A DNA stretch of 63,316 nucleotides, filler included, from Octopus bimaculoides (Eukaryota), in assembly GCF_001194135.2 (NCBI RefSeq). It is 5 parts of 5 records of this genome, joined end to end, with 100 filler letters (N's around TTAATTAATTAA, not from the genome) between each part and the next. Parts side by side here need not be neighbours in the genome. Positions count along the whole stretch, not along the records: positions 1 to 24,388 come from NC_068997.1; positions 24,489 to 32,006 come from NC_068986.1; 3 more parts are not named here. One strand, 5' to 3'. The translations under genes were made by a program, and so were the position numbers. Of this stretch, positions 14,213 through 26,473 are shown piece after piece (the stretch's first letter is position 1; each line of letters begins with the position of its first letter). Under the pieces are notes generated by a model. That model ran no database searches and was not told where the DNA came from. It was given only the letters and a program-made list of their open reading frames with translations.

Positions 14213-15118
14213 CAGGGCTTGGACAAAATAATGGAAACACCTAGCATCATAATTTTGAAATATCTATAAAACCCTCAAAAGCTTGTTTATTTTTATGTGT
14301 TTTGATTTATTATTAGTGTTGCTTAATATGTTTTGTTAAAATTGCTGTTTCTTTTCAGATATCATCAGAAAAAAGTAATTCAAATTCATTAAAATGACAG
14401 ATCTATCGGACTTTCAAAGAGTTCAAATTGTTGGTGCTCGTATGGCAGGCGCTAGCGTAACGAAACCAATCGAAATGTTTCGTGTATAAAGAAGTACTGT
14501 CTCGAAAGTAATGACAGCCTTTGAGAAAGAGGGAAAAACCTCTTTGTGGAAACAAAACTCCGGAAGAAAACCAAAACTTTCAGATAGGGACCATCGGACT
14601 CTGACGCAAATTGTTAGAAAGGATCACAAAAGTACAGATCCCCAAATTACTGCAGAGATTAAAGACCACCTCGAGAACCCAGTTTCCACAAAATCTTTTT
14701 GCCGAGAGCTGCACAAACTTGGATTTCACGGGAGGGCTGCAAAAGGAAAACCACTACTTTCAAAAACAAACACTGCAAAGCGTTTAGAGTGAAGTAAAAA
14801 CCTACAGAATTGGTGTCCCTAGAGCAGTGGAAGAATGCTATTTTCTTGGACGAGTCATCCTTTACCTTATTTCCGACCACTAACTGAGTATATGTGTGGA
14901 GACCGCCAAAAGAAACATTCGACCCAGACTGCCTTCTTCCAGCTGTTAAACATGGAGGAGGATCTGTAATGATCTGGAGGATTACATCTTGGAAATCCGC
15001 CGACCCAATGGTTTCCCTTCATGGCAGAATTAATAGTGAAGACTATTTAAGGATTTTATCGTATCAATTTCATGCTATGGTTGCTGGACTGTTTCCGGAG
15101 GGAAACGCAATCTTTGTA
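14213..15118 (+). mobile_element. Tc1-family DNA transposon, 3'-truncated and pseudogenised
   Basis: TA|CAGGGCTTGGACAAAATAATGGAAACAC left TIR. ATG at 14394 gives MTDLSDFQRVQIVGARMAGAS, then SGRKPKLSDRDHR, GRAAKGKPLLS, F.DES and KHGGGSVMIW. Contains stops and frameshifts, and breaks off at EGNAIF before the second catalytic D. No right TIR seen. Confidence 0.9.
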
Positions 15119-15758
15119 GATGGTCGAGATGGTCGATAATTATTGGGGGACGAAACATCTTTAGACTTTGAGATACGGCCGTATGTATTGCTAAGGATGT
15201 GTATTCGCAATGCGAGGTCTACAATGGTAGTCACGCCTTGTATTTGAAGCAATCGCGATGGCTCATGTTACGCACTGCACATGTATAAGGGGCGTTAAGT
15301 GCCATGATATTTGTTTGGTGAGAGCAGTGACTGTATTAGCTTTTGGCAGTGTAAGAAGAACACACACACACACACACACATACATATATGTGAATCTGTG
15401 TATATACATGTATATATATATATATGTATGTATGCTTGTATGCATGCTTGTATGTATGAACGAGCGTGTGTATAATTGCAACTGAGGATATCTATGTCAG
15501 TCTATGAGTGTATGTAAGCTATTGTATCTGTATATTTCAACGCGTGTATGTTTGTGAAATGTGTGTGGCTATGTGTTTTTTTTTCACCCAAAGTATATAT
15601 NNNNNNNNNNNNNNNNNNNNNNNNNNNNNNNNNNNNNNNNNNNNNNNNNNNNNNNNNNNNNNNNNNNNNNNNNNNNNNNNNNNNNNNNNNNNNNNNNNNN
15701 NNNNNNNNNNNNNNNNNNNNNNNNNNNNNNNNNNNNNNNNNNNNNNNNNNNNNNNNNN

Positions 15759-15835
<77 letters not shown>

Positions 15836-15989
15836 GGTGTGTGACTGGGTGGGACCTATGTTTAGAACACAGTGGAGCCAATGGGGTCAGACTATAATAT
15901 GGGATACTGAATCATTCTGTTATGGAATATAAGAAATCTATTGAAGATCACAGATCTTACACTACCGCACCTCAACATCTATCAAACAC

Positions 15990-16137
15990 ACACACACACA
16001 CACTACCAACAGCAACAGCATCATTAACACCACTACGTCTACAACCAGTAAAACCGCCGTAATCCCCTCCCCCAGCTTTCCCTACCACAACAACAATTAC
16101 AAGCACTGCCATCGCCACCGCAATTGCCATTTCCACG

Positions 16138-16168
<31 letters not shown>

Positions 16169-17360
16169 CCATCACCACAAGCACTGCTACCACCACTACA
16201 AGCAATAACAATTGCAGCAACAACAACAACACTGCCGTCGTCTTAATCACCACTGTTGCCGCCGCCACCACCAGCGCCTCAATTACTATGAACATACCAC
16301 CGGCATCGCACAACCACCACCACCACCACTATAATCATCAACACCACCACTATAACCACCACCATTACAAGCACCAGCACCGCCGCCATCACCACGATAA
16401 CCACCAGGAGCACCACAGCCACAACAGCAATCNNNNNNNNNNNNNNNNNNNNNNNNNNNNNNNNNNNNNNNNNNNNNNNNNNNNNNNNNNNNNNNNNNNN
16501 NNNNNNNNNNNNNNNNNNNNNNNNNNNNNNNNNNNNNNNNNNNNNNNNNNNNNNNNNNNNNNNNNNNNNNNNNNNNNNNNNNNNNNNNNNNNNNNNNNNN
16601 NNNNNNNNNNNNNNNNNNNNNNNNNNNNNNNNNNNNNNNNNNNNNNNNNNNNNNNNNNNNNNNNNNNNNNNNNNNNNNNNNNNNNNNNNNNNNNNNNNNN
16701 NNNNNNNNNNNNNNNNNNNNNNNNNNNNNNNNNNNNNNNNNNNNNNNNNNNNNNNNNNNNNNNNNNNNNNNNNNNNNNNNNNNNNNNNNNNNNNNNNNNN
16801 NNNNNNNNNNNNNNNNNNNNNNNNNNNNNNNNNNNNNNNNNNNNNNNNNNNNNNNNNNNNNNNNNNNNNNNNNNNNNNNNNNNNNNNNNNNNNNNNNNNN
16901 NNNNNNNNNNNNNNNNNNNNNNNNNNNNNNNNNNNNNNNNNNNNNNNNNNNNNNNNNNNNNNNNNNNNNNNNNNNNNNNNNNNNNNNNNNNNNNNNNNNN
17001 NNNNNNNNNNNNNNNNNNNNNNNNNNNNNNNNNNNNNNNNNNNNNNNNNNNNNNNNNNNNNNNNNNNNNNNNNNNNNNNNNNNNNNNNNNNNNNNNNNNN
17101 NNNNNNNNNNNNNNNNNNNNNNNNNNNNNNNNNNNNNNNNNNNNNNNNNNNNNNNNACCACCATATCCATTAACACCATACCATACCATAATCAGCACTA
17201 CAACCACCATTAAACTACTACTACTGCATAAACCACCACCACCACCACCACCAACCACAACACCATTACTAGCACTGCACTATACGAGTACCATTGGCTC
17301 CACCACCACCACCACCACCACCACCACAGCTACGCCGCCGTCACCGTCAGCAATACTAAC
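15990..17360. repeat. Compound trinucleotide low-complexity tract (CAC/CAT/AAC), gapped
   Basis: Visible directly; a similar tract lies at 19410-19770. Confidence 0.85.
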
Positions 17361-18250
17361 GCATTGCATTGCTAGGAAGATATGTTGACAGACGCGTTAC
17401 TCAGATAAGACGTTTTATAAACACTCTTGATTCAGACTCTATTACGACACCGTCAAGTGACCTGCAAGTTATTATCAATGTACTCCTTGTATGTTGTGTG
17501 TGTGTGTGTGTGTTGGTGCTTGTGTGGTGTGTTTGTTTGTGGGTTTGTACGTGTGTGTTCTCAAATGACTTATATATGTATTCAATAGGCTATGTATATA
17601 TTGCATATATATACGTTTGTATATACACGTGTTTTGAATCTGTATGTATGTCTGTATGTATGTATGTATGTCTTATGTATGTATGCATGTGTACATGTAT
17701 GTATGTATGTATATATATATATATATATACATACACACACACACACATACACACACATATATACACACACACATAAACAACAACAATAATAAGCTGAATC
17801 TTCACAACGTGTTGCCTCGAGTTTCTCGTTTCCGATGTTCGGGTGATAATAAAGAATGAAACTTAAAACGGATGTTGAAAATAGATAAAGAGTTTGGTAA
17901 TTAGACATGCTTTGAGAGGTTCAGTGTATACAAGGAAAAACTTCTCGTATCACCGTTATTCACAAAATAAAAACGAAAGATTAAAATAGAAAGGCAGGGG
18001 GGGGGATGAGTTTAGGAAATTTATAAATAAACAAGAGAGGAACGAAGGAAGATGCGAGAAGAGGGAAAGATCTATTGAACGATAAGTAATGACATAGAAA
18101 AGAGAAAAAAAAAACGCGGCTGTAAAAAGAGAGCGAATGTTAAATTAAAAGAATGCAGTCAAGAGGAGAGGAAGGAATTTTTTTTAAATAAGGAATATTT
18201 ATTGAGGGGATGTTTAGTTATACTTAAAATCTGAACTCTTTAAATTTTAA

Positions 18251-18785
18251 TTGTTTCAGTCATTTGACTGCGGCCATGCTAGAGCACCGCCTTTAGTCGA
18301 GCAAATCGACCCCAGGACTTATTCTTTGTAAGCCTAGTACTTATTCTATCGGTCTCTTTTTGCCGAACCGCTAAGTTACGGGGACGTAAACACACCAGCA
18401 TCGGTTGTCAAGCGATGGTGGGGGGGGACAAACACAGACGGAAACTGAAAGAAGCCCGTCGTTTATATGTATGTATATGTATATATATAGATGTGTGTAT
18501 ATGTTTGTGTGTCTGTGTTTGTCCCCACAACATCGCTTGACAACCGATGGTGGTGTATTTAGGTCCCCGTAACTTAGCGGTTCGGCATAAGAGACCGATA
18601 GAATAAGTACTAGGCATCCAATGAATANNNNNNNNNNCTTAGCGGTTCGGCATAAGAGACCGATAGAATAAGTACTAGGCATCCAATGAATAAGTCCTGG
18701 GGTCGATTTGCTCGGCTAAAGGCGGTGCTCCAGCATGGCCACAGTCAAATGACTGAAACAAGTAAAAGAGTAAAAGAGTAAAGAG
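18251..18785. mobile_element. Two SINE 3' halves in inverted orientation
   Basis: 18251-18439 (minus) pairs with 18511-18761 (plus). Confidence 0.85.
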
Positions 18786-19495
18786 TATATGGGGAAGGGC
18801 TGAAAAGTTCATAGGTTGACTCTGAAAGAGCGATGATAGAGCTGTGAAATCTTGCACACATTATTCGACTCTTCTTAATAAGTTTCATTGCTTCTTTCCC
18901 AAGTAAACTAACGTCAAACTGTTCAAAGAAGACCCCCAAGAGTAACTAGTAGCGACTTCTCTTGAAAATGGACGAAGTTCAGTAGCTTTGTTCATACTTT
19001 TGTTTGAGAGAAAAATATCTTGTACTACATTATCTATTATATCTTGCCCATTTGTTTTGGAGACGGAATATTATTGGAAGGAGAGTTTTGGTTGTCATTT
19101 CTAGCAAGTTCAGTGGTCACGTTGTGGTTCTCACGTTTCCCCATTGCGGCTGAACGTAGCCCTGATCAAGCAGATCTATTCCTTGTTAAAAAGCTTTCAA
19201 ACCATAACCATTCACTGATGTTTTCACGAATTGTGAAAATAGATGGCATTGCCTAATGTGATTCTTTTTTTTTTCAGGAAAGAAAAAAGAAAACAACAAA
19301 AGAAAGAGTAAATGAAGGTTGTTGTTTGTTGGATGTTTGGTTGCTATTTCTACCTGATCGAATGGCCACATAGAGGGAGGACACCAGATATTGACTTCAT
19401 GTCACAGGTGCAGCCATTGTTGCTGCTATCGCTGCTGCTTCTGCTTTTGTTGCATTTGCTGCTGCGACCTCTACAACAACAATTACTACTTCTAT

Positions 19496-19530
<35 letters not shown>

Positions 19531-19906
19531 GCACTACTACCACCACCACCACACTACTGTTACTACTACTACTACAACTACTACTACTACTACAACTACT
19601 ACTACTACTACTACTACAACTACTACTACTATCGTGGCCATCAGTGCCACCACTACTACCACCACACTACTACTACTACTATCGCAACCACCACCACCAC
19701 TTCTTACTACTACTACTACTACTGATTATAATAATAACACAAACAACAACAACAACAACAGTTGCAATAATGTACTCCAATACGCTTTCAGCTCTAAAAG
19801 CACCGATGATTAATAGCGGTTTTCCTACTTGCTTTCTCGTTATTCATAATGTCTTGGCCTTTTTTTTTCTTACTTAACTCTCTTGCACATACTCCTGTCC
19901 TTATCG

Positions 19907-19989
<83 letters not shown>

Positions 19990-20103
19990 CACGTACATAT
20001 ATATTCTGATCATTACACACATTGCACATAAACACATGAGATAGAAGCTCCTTAAATTTCATTCGTACCCAACATATATATTTATATATCTATATCTATA
20101 TCT

Positions 20104-20136
<33 letters not shown>

Positions 20137-20214
20137 GAGACACGCGCATGCATTATATACACACACACATGTATGTGCACATACATGTGTGTGTGTATAT
20201 GCATATATACATGC

Positions 20215-20275
<61 letters not shown>

Positions 20276-20777
20276 CATATACATATGTACATTTATATAT
20301 ATGTACATATATATACATGTACAGACATACATATATCTCTAATATATAATATATACTTATATTTCTATGTATGATGTATAAGTATGTATGTATGTATGTG
20401 TCCATCTATCTATCTATCTATCTTTCTGTCTGTCTGTGGATATATAAGTATGTGTGCATTTATATGTATATGCATATATATATGTATGTATGCCTGAGTA
20501 TGTCCATTAATTCAAAAATACAAACACAGACATACGCAACTGCGCATACGCTTACACCCTTTGACGCACATACGTACAGCATGCACGCACACAAATACAC
20601 ACGCAATGCGGACGCGTACGCGCCATAGCCTTATACATTCATGTGTCTGTAGAAATGTTTGTACATCAGCATCAAAGAATTTTGATTTATATTTAATTCC
20701 TTAGTGTTTTAAGACGTCAGATATGAGTGTAAAGGTTGCTTGAGGTGTGGATGAGACGGGTCATGGCAAATATATGA

Positions 20778-20829
<52 letters not shown>

Positions 20830-21099
20830 CTTTATCTTGTATCTTTTACTGGTTTCAGTCGTTTAAGTGCGGCCATGCTGGAGCACCGCTTCGAACAAAT
20901 CGGTCGCAAGACTTACTTTCCTTGCTTTTAAAGTCTAGTATTTATCCTGTCGATTGGTTTAGCCGAATCGCAATGTTAGGGGGACGTAAACACACCAACA
21001 GCGTTTGGCAAGCGTTGGTGGTGGTGAAACAAAGACACAAAGACACTCACATAGATACATACATATAATATAATATAAATACATACATACATATATATA

Positions 21100-21302
21100 G
21101 ATACAATGTAACCTCGTGGGCATCGGTACCATTTTCCTCTTTCTCCGTTCTTCCATTCTCCGAACTTTCCATCTTTCCGACGAAGGGCTACGCCCGAAAC
21201 GTCATACACTCTCTCTTTCCTTTCCTGAGCGTCCAATAATACTATCCATATCACGTCCTCACCTTGTTGTTTTTTTGTTTTTTTGTTTATGTTTTTTTGA
21301 AC

Positions 21303-21326
<24 letters not shown>
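21100..21326 (+). mobile_element. Short PLE-derived element with an ACGU-type minimal hammerhead relic
   Basis: CCGACGA-A-GGGC-UAC-GCCC-GAAAC-GUC at 21177-21203; the element ends in (TA)n. Related copies lie at ~24990-25152, ~47860-48100 and ~53230-53425 (minus). Confidence 0.55.
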
Positions 21327-21333
<7 letters not shown>

Positions 21334-21355
21334 ATAAGAGTGAAAAAACTACAGA

Positions 21356-21534
21356 AGGCTTGTGTTACATGGTTAAAGTATATATTTAAATTATGTCAGA
21401 AAAATGTTAGAAATATGTTACAAAATCTTTTTGGTATATAAACATTGTATTTCGACCAAAAAGATTTTATAACATATTTCTAACATTTTTCTGACATAAT
21501 TTAAATATATACTTTAACCATGTAACACAAGCCT
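21356..21534. repeat. Foldback with 80-bp arms (1 mismatch) and a 19-bp loop
   Basis: 21356-21435 versus 21455-21534; the right arm ends at a gap. Confidence 0.9.
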
Positions 21535-22660
21535 NNNNNNNNNNNNNNNNNNNNNNNNNNNNNNNNNNNNNNNNNNNNNNNNNNNNNNNNNNNNNNNNNN
21601 NNNNNNNNNNNNNNNNNNNNNNNNNNNNNNNNNNNNNNNNNNNNNNNNNNNNNNNNNNNNNNNNNNNNNNNNNNNNNNNNNNNNNNNNNNNNNNNNNNNN
21701 NNNNNNNNNNNNNNNNNNNNNNNNNNNNNNNNNNNNNNNNNNNNNNNNNNNNNNNNNNNNTATATGCATACGAGTGAGTGGACAAACGAAAGAAGGGCGC
21801 TCAGCAAATGTATTATGAGTTATGTGTATGGATCAAAACAGTTTGGCTGAAACTCGTTGGTACTCTTGAGTTTTGAAGCGTGATGCCAGTCGTCAGCCTT
21901 TTTGAATTTGAATGACAACATCAAACCAAGACACCGCGTGACCTTCCTCGACCAATCGCAGCCCTTTACTTGTCCTTTACTTGTGTAAGTCTGTGGACTG
22001 TGGCCTTGCTGGAGCAGCACTACCGAAGGGACCAGTCAAATGAATCGGCCTCAGTATATATTCTTAAGTTTGGTGTTTATTTTCTCGTACTCTACTTGTC
22101 AAATCGCAAAGTTACGGGGACACAAACAAACCACAACTGTCAACAAACCACCATGTGAGTATGTATATACTTGTGTGTGTGTATGTCTGTATGTATGTGT
22201 GTGTGTATGTCTGTATGTATGTGTGTGTGTATGTCTGTAAGTATGTGTCTGTTTGCGTGCCTGTATGCGCGCGCACGTGTGTGTTCGTGTATCTGTTTGT
22301 GTGTGTGCGTTAGTTCATTTTCACCTCAGTTCGTGAACAACCACATCGTTTATTTCAGGTATGTGTTACAAAATGGCGGTCTCAGGATTTTGATGATGTA
22401 AGTGGAAAAGAAAAGGCGACAGTGCAACCCGCTGCATAACAAATATCAACACCGACTTTAGCACCAAGGCGCTGGCATGTCGAAGTTTCGCTGACGGTCA
22501 AACATCTTTCGCTGATAGAAAATGGCGGAAGTTATTCATATGCATACGTATTACTTTCGTAAAATGCAACAAGTGTAACACGCTGGAGAATTTTTACATA
22601 AACTACTTTGACATTCTGTTTCTCTTCTGCAACCATTACCTACCTACCTACCCACCTAAG

Positions 22661-22709
<49 letters not shown>

Positions 22710-22762
22710 GCCTGTCTGTCTGCCTGCCTGCCTACCTGCCTACCTACCGGCCAGCCTGCGTG

Positions 22763-22798
<36 letters not shown>

Positions 22799-24432
22799 GT
22801 TACTTCCTTCTCAGTCCACTTCTCTCTCCCCACTTTCCATATTCACCACTTTTTAAACTTACCTCTACAGATTTTCTATAAAAACTAGAGCTAGCACTGA
22901 AAGTTACGACGTTTCATATTTGAATGCATCTACGTAAACAATGCGATCGAAAATAGAAAAATATTTCAGGAGTTCTTGCTTTTTCTTCAGCACCGCCTCC
23001 AACCCAGTAACCATCCACAAACTTTGTACCTTTTGAAAATAGCTTACATAACTACAAAACCTTCAGATGAAGTACCGAAATTAGACTCACCACAAACATC
23101 TCGAAGAACCGATACGACCATCATCGACACTCTTCCAGATGACCCTATAAGGTAACTATATGCATATTTTCATCATATAGCCACATTTCAAATTCAGTCT
23201 TTCTGTTTATCTATTTCAGGTGGACTTCAATCATTACCGCATCTAATTTCCAATGAGATGTAGAGTACTTTCAATGGAAACGCTATGACTAACCAAATTA
23301 CGATTAGCTTTTAAAATGTGTTCATTTGAGTAGTTATTAAATAAATCACATAGGACATTGCGGAAGTATTTTCACAACATTGGTTAGACGAGATAATTTC
23401 GCTTATAAACGCAAGCATTTCATTTCCCTTGTACGTTCCGTCACTGCTATTTGTATGGCGTTGATTCTGCACGGGCTGAAGGAGTGGACAGTTACCGAAA
23501 CATCTACAAGCCTGCACGATTATGGCAATGTAAATATATGCTTATATTTGTACAAGCATATTTATGACTAGCATTCTCTTTTTTTTTTTTGCTTTGTTTA
23601 ACGACAGTATGAAGTCATAATAACGACAAATTTCATATAAATGGCAGACTACTCTCAGTTCCTAAAGGCGGCGATTAGACATGAAATGTGCGTTGTAAGG
23701 TTCTTATGAGTCTAATTACAGCATCCAAGCATTCGCAAATATACTTCTCTTTGATATGTATGAATACCCCCCCCCCCACACGCACATTCACATTCATACG
23801 AGAGATGTGGACTCGTGTCCTACGGGCCACATTCGACATTTTTCTATCCAAAAGGATTTTTCAACCTAATATTTACATGGTAATATTTATAGCGTTTATA
23901 TGCTTCGAGATCCAGTTCCAGAACAGAATTATTGCATGTTCTCTCTCTCTCGATATTCTTATGATGTCAACTGCATCCAATTCTCGAAATGCTGCGCACA
24001 TCCATATATAGCATACATGTATGTATATATATATATATATCTTTCTATCTATTTATCTATCTGTCTTCCTCTATCTTTCTATCTATCCCTCTGTCCTGGA
24101 CTCAACTTCACTGCTATACCCTTCTGTCCCTTCCTCCTTGTTCCACTTCCTCCCTCCACCATCCTCTCTGCTCTCGTGTGACCTGTGGTCAGCTTTCTTT
24201 TCACTCCAGCCGCTGTGAAGGCAAGACGAACTACTAGCGTTCTACCTCAGATTCGCGTTTGGCTTTTGAATGTTGTTTTCACTGTCCAATTTTTTCTGTC
24301 TTGGTTTGTGTTTGCCACCTTGGAATCCTCTGTGTAGTGGGTTGATCCACTACTCAGGAAGAGACTATTCTAGAGTACGTTCTGTCTTNNNNNNNNNNNN
24401 NNNNNNNNNNNNNNNNNNNNNNNNNNNNNNNN

Positions 24433-24444
24433 TTAATTAATTAA
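24433..24444. other. Artificial six-frame stop linker TTAATTAATTAA inside an N gap
   Basis: The identical 12-mer sits isolated inside N runs at 24433, 32051, 48636 and 60379. Confidence 0.9.
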
Positions 24445-24488
24445 NNNNNNNNNNNNNNNNNNNNNNNNNNNNNNNNNNNNNNNNNNNN

Positions 24489-24542
<54 letters not shown>

Positions 24543-25121
24543 ACATGATTTCACATATATGTAGTCAATCAACATTATCTATCATGTTTAATATTTATAT
24601 CAGTACCATTTTCCAAGTTTCAGGTGCCACATATGTACTACATATAGATCATTGCGTACTGTTTATAGATGCATAATGTTTGTTTATCTCAAGGTGTACG
24701 TGAAGCAGTTTAGCATAAAATGGTTTTGGAAACAGCTTCAAATAATCGGTTCATGAAAGAAAATTTTTGTAGCAACATATGTGGATGTGTGTTCGTTCAC
24801 ATGTGAAATAACAAGCGCGCATGAATGAATACTAACAAAAATAGTTGTTCATTTGTTTTTATTTAACAATAGCAGCAACACAGATACATTTCGTTGAATA
24901 TAGTCACATTTCAGTTTAAAATATAATTATAAAATTATGTATGCATTCGCGTAACCGTTGACTGAACACTATTCAATTTTTTTTCTGCGTGTTTTTCTCC
25001 TTGTCTCCGTATTCTTTCTATTGAAGAGCGTAGCTCGAAACGTCAAAGACTTTCCGTATTCCCGGGCGTCATACTAATACATCCTTTTGTTATTTACACC
25101 ACCTGTCCTCGTCTGTGGTTG

Positions 25122-25152
<31 letters not shown>

Positions 25153-25532
25153 NNNNNNNNNNNNNNNNNNNNNNNNNNNNNNNNNNNNNNNNNNNNNNNN
25201 NNNNNNNNNNNNNNNNNNNNNNNNNNNNNNNNNNNNNNNNNNNNNNNNNNNNNNNNNNNNNNNNNNNNNNNNNNNNNNNNNNNNNNNNNNNNNNNNNNNN
25301 NNNNNNNNNNNNNNNNNNNNNNNNNNNNNNNNNNNNNNNNNNNNNNNNNNNNNNNNNNNNNNNNNNNNNNNNNNNNNNNNNNNNNNNNNNNNNNNNNNNN
25401 NNNNNNNNNNNNNNNNNNNNNNNNNNNNNNNNNNNNNNNNNNNNNNNNNNNNNNNNNNNNNNNNNNNNNNNNNNNNNNNNNNNNNNNNNNNNNNNNNNNN
25501 NNNNNNNNNNNNNNNNNNNNNNNNNNNNNNNN

Positions 25533-26473
25533 CGATTATACGTTGGCTTTCAAAAGTATATATGGAAAAATAAAAATCAAGTTAAGTCATTTTACTCGAT
25601 TTTACGTCTGTCCGCCACAAATATTGGAATCGTAAAATCACTAGAATACCGTTAAAAGTACGTGAAATCATATTACTGTACAATAAATAAGAATAAAGGC
25701 ATATAAAATCATATTAAATTACGTACAGTAAATGTTAAGATACACACCATAAAGTAGTGTAGCTTAGTGAACGAAATCATGAAACTAGTTGTGTTGTCTT
25801 ATTTATCGGTCTTTCGGACCTCATATTGCACTGTAGTTCCAATATCTACCATTAGGCGTCGTTGTCACTCGGGATTCCCGCGATTGTTTTGAATTTAGAT
25901 TTGTTTACGTCTGTACATCGGTTACTTTCTCATTCTCATTCATTTGTGACTTTATTTTTTGCCCCCATGGCTCCTAAGAAAGTTCATAGTGAAACTGCTT
26001 AGCGTCATGCTATAACGCTGGGAGATAAACTGGCTATGATAAAACGCCATGGAAAAGGTGAAAAAGTGGCAGCATTTGCACGATCTTTTGAGATGAGTCG
26101 CACAACTGTATTGACGAATGTACATAATAAGAACAAAATTTTTGCACATATCAGATCTAAAGCCCCAGGAATAAAGAACACTGTCATCAATAAGAAAAGA
26201 GGAAAAATCTTTGAAGAAATGGAAAGTCTTCTTTCTCCTTGAATCGTTAGCGTGCTACTATTAGTCAAGAAATCATTCAAAAGAAAGCGTTGTCTTTGTT
26301 TGAGGACCTGAAGAAAATATATCCAGATGAGAAAGATGTCAATTTCAAGGCAAGTCAAGGATGCTTCATGAGATTTAAGGAACGAATAAGTTATCACTCC
26401 ATTAAGAAGGAAGGTGAAAGTGTATCAGCTGACGAACAAGCAGCAGCGGAATTTCCTAATGCATTAAAGAAAA
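25533..26473 (+). mobile_element. Tigger/pogo transposon, 5' part (CENP-B-type HTH), interrupted
   Basis: ATG at 25967 gives MAPKK..ITLGDKLAMIKRHGKGEKVAAFARSFEMSRTTV..., then FKASQGCFMRFKER..EGESVSADEQAAAEFPNALKK. The left end is lost in a gap. Confidence 0.88.

Noticed and set aside
15990-19770. His/Thr/Pro-rich ORFs as mucin-like exons
   Set aside because: They are compound trinucleotide repeats, open in several frames on both strands.
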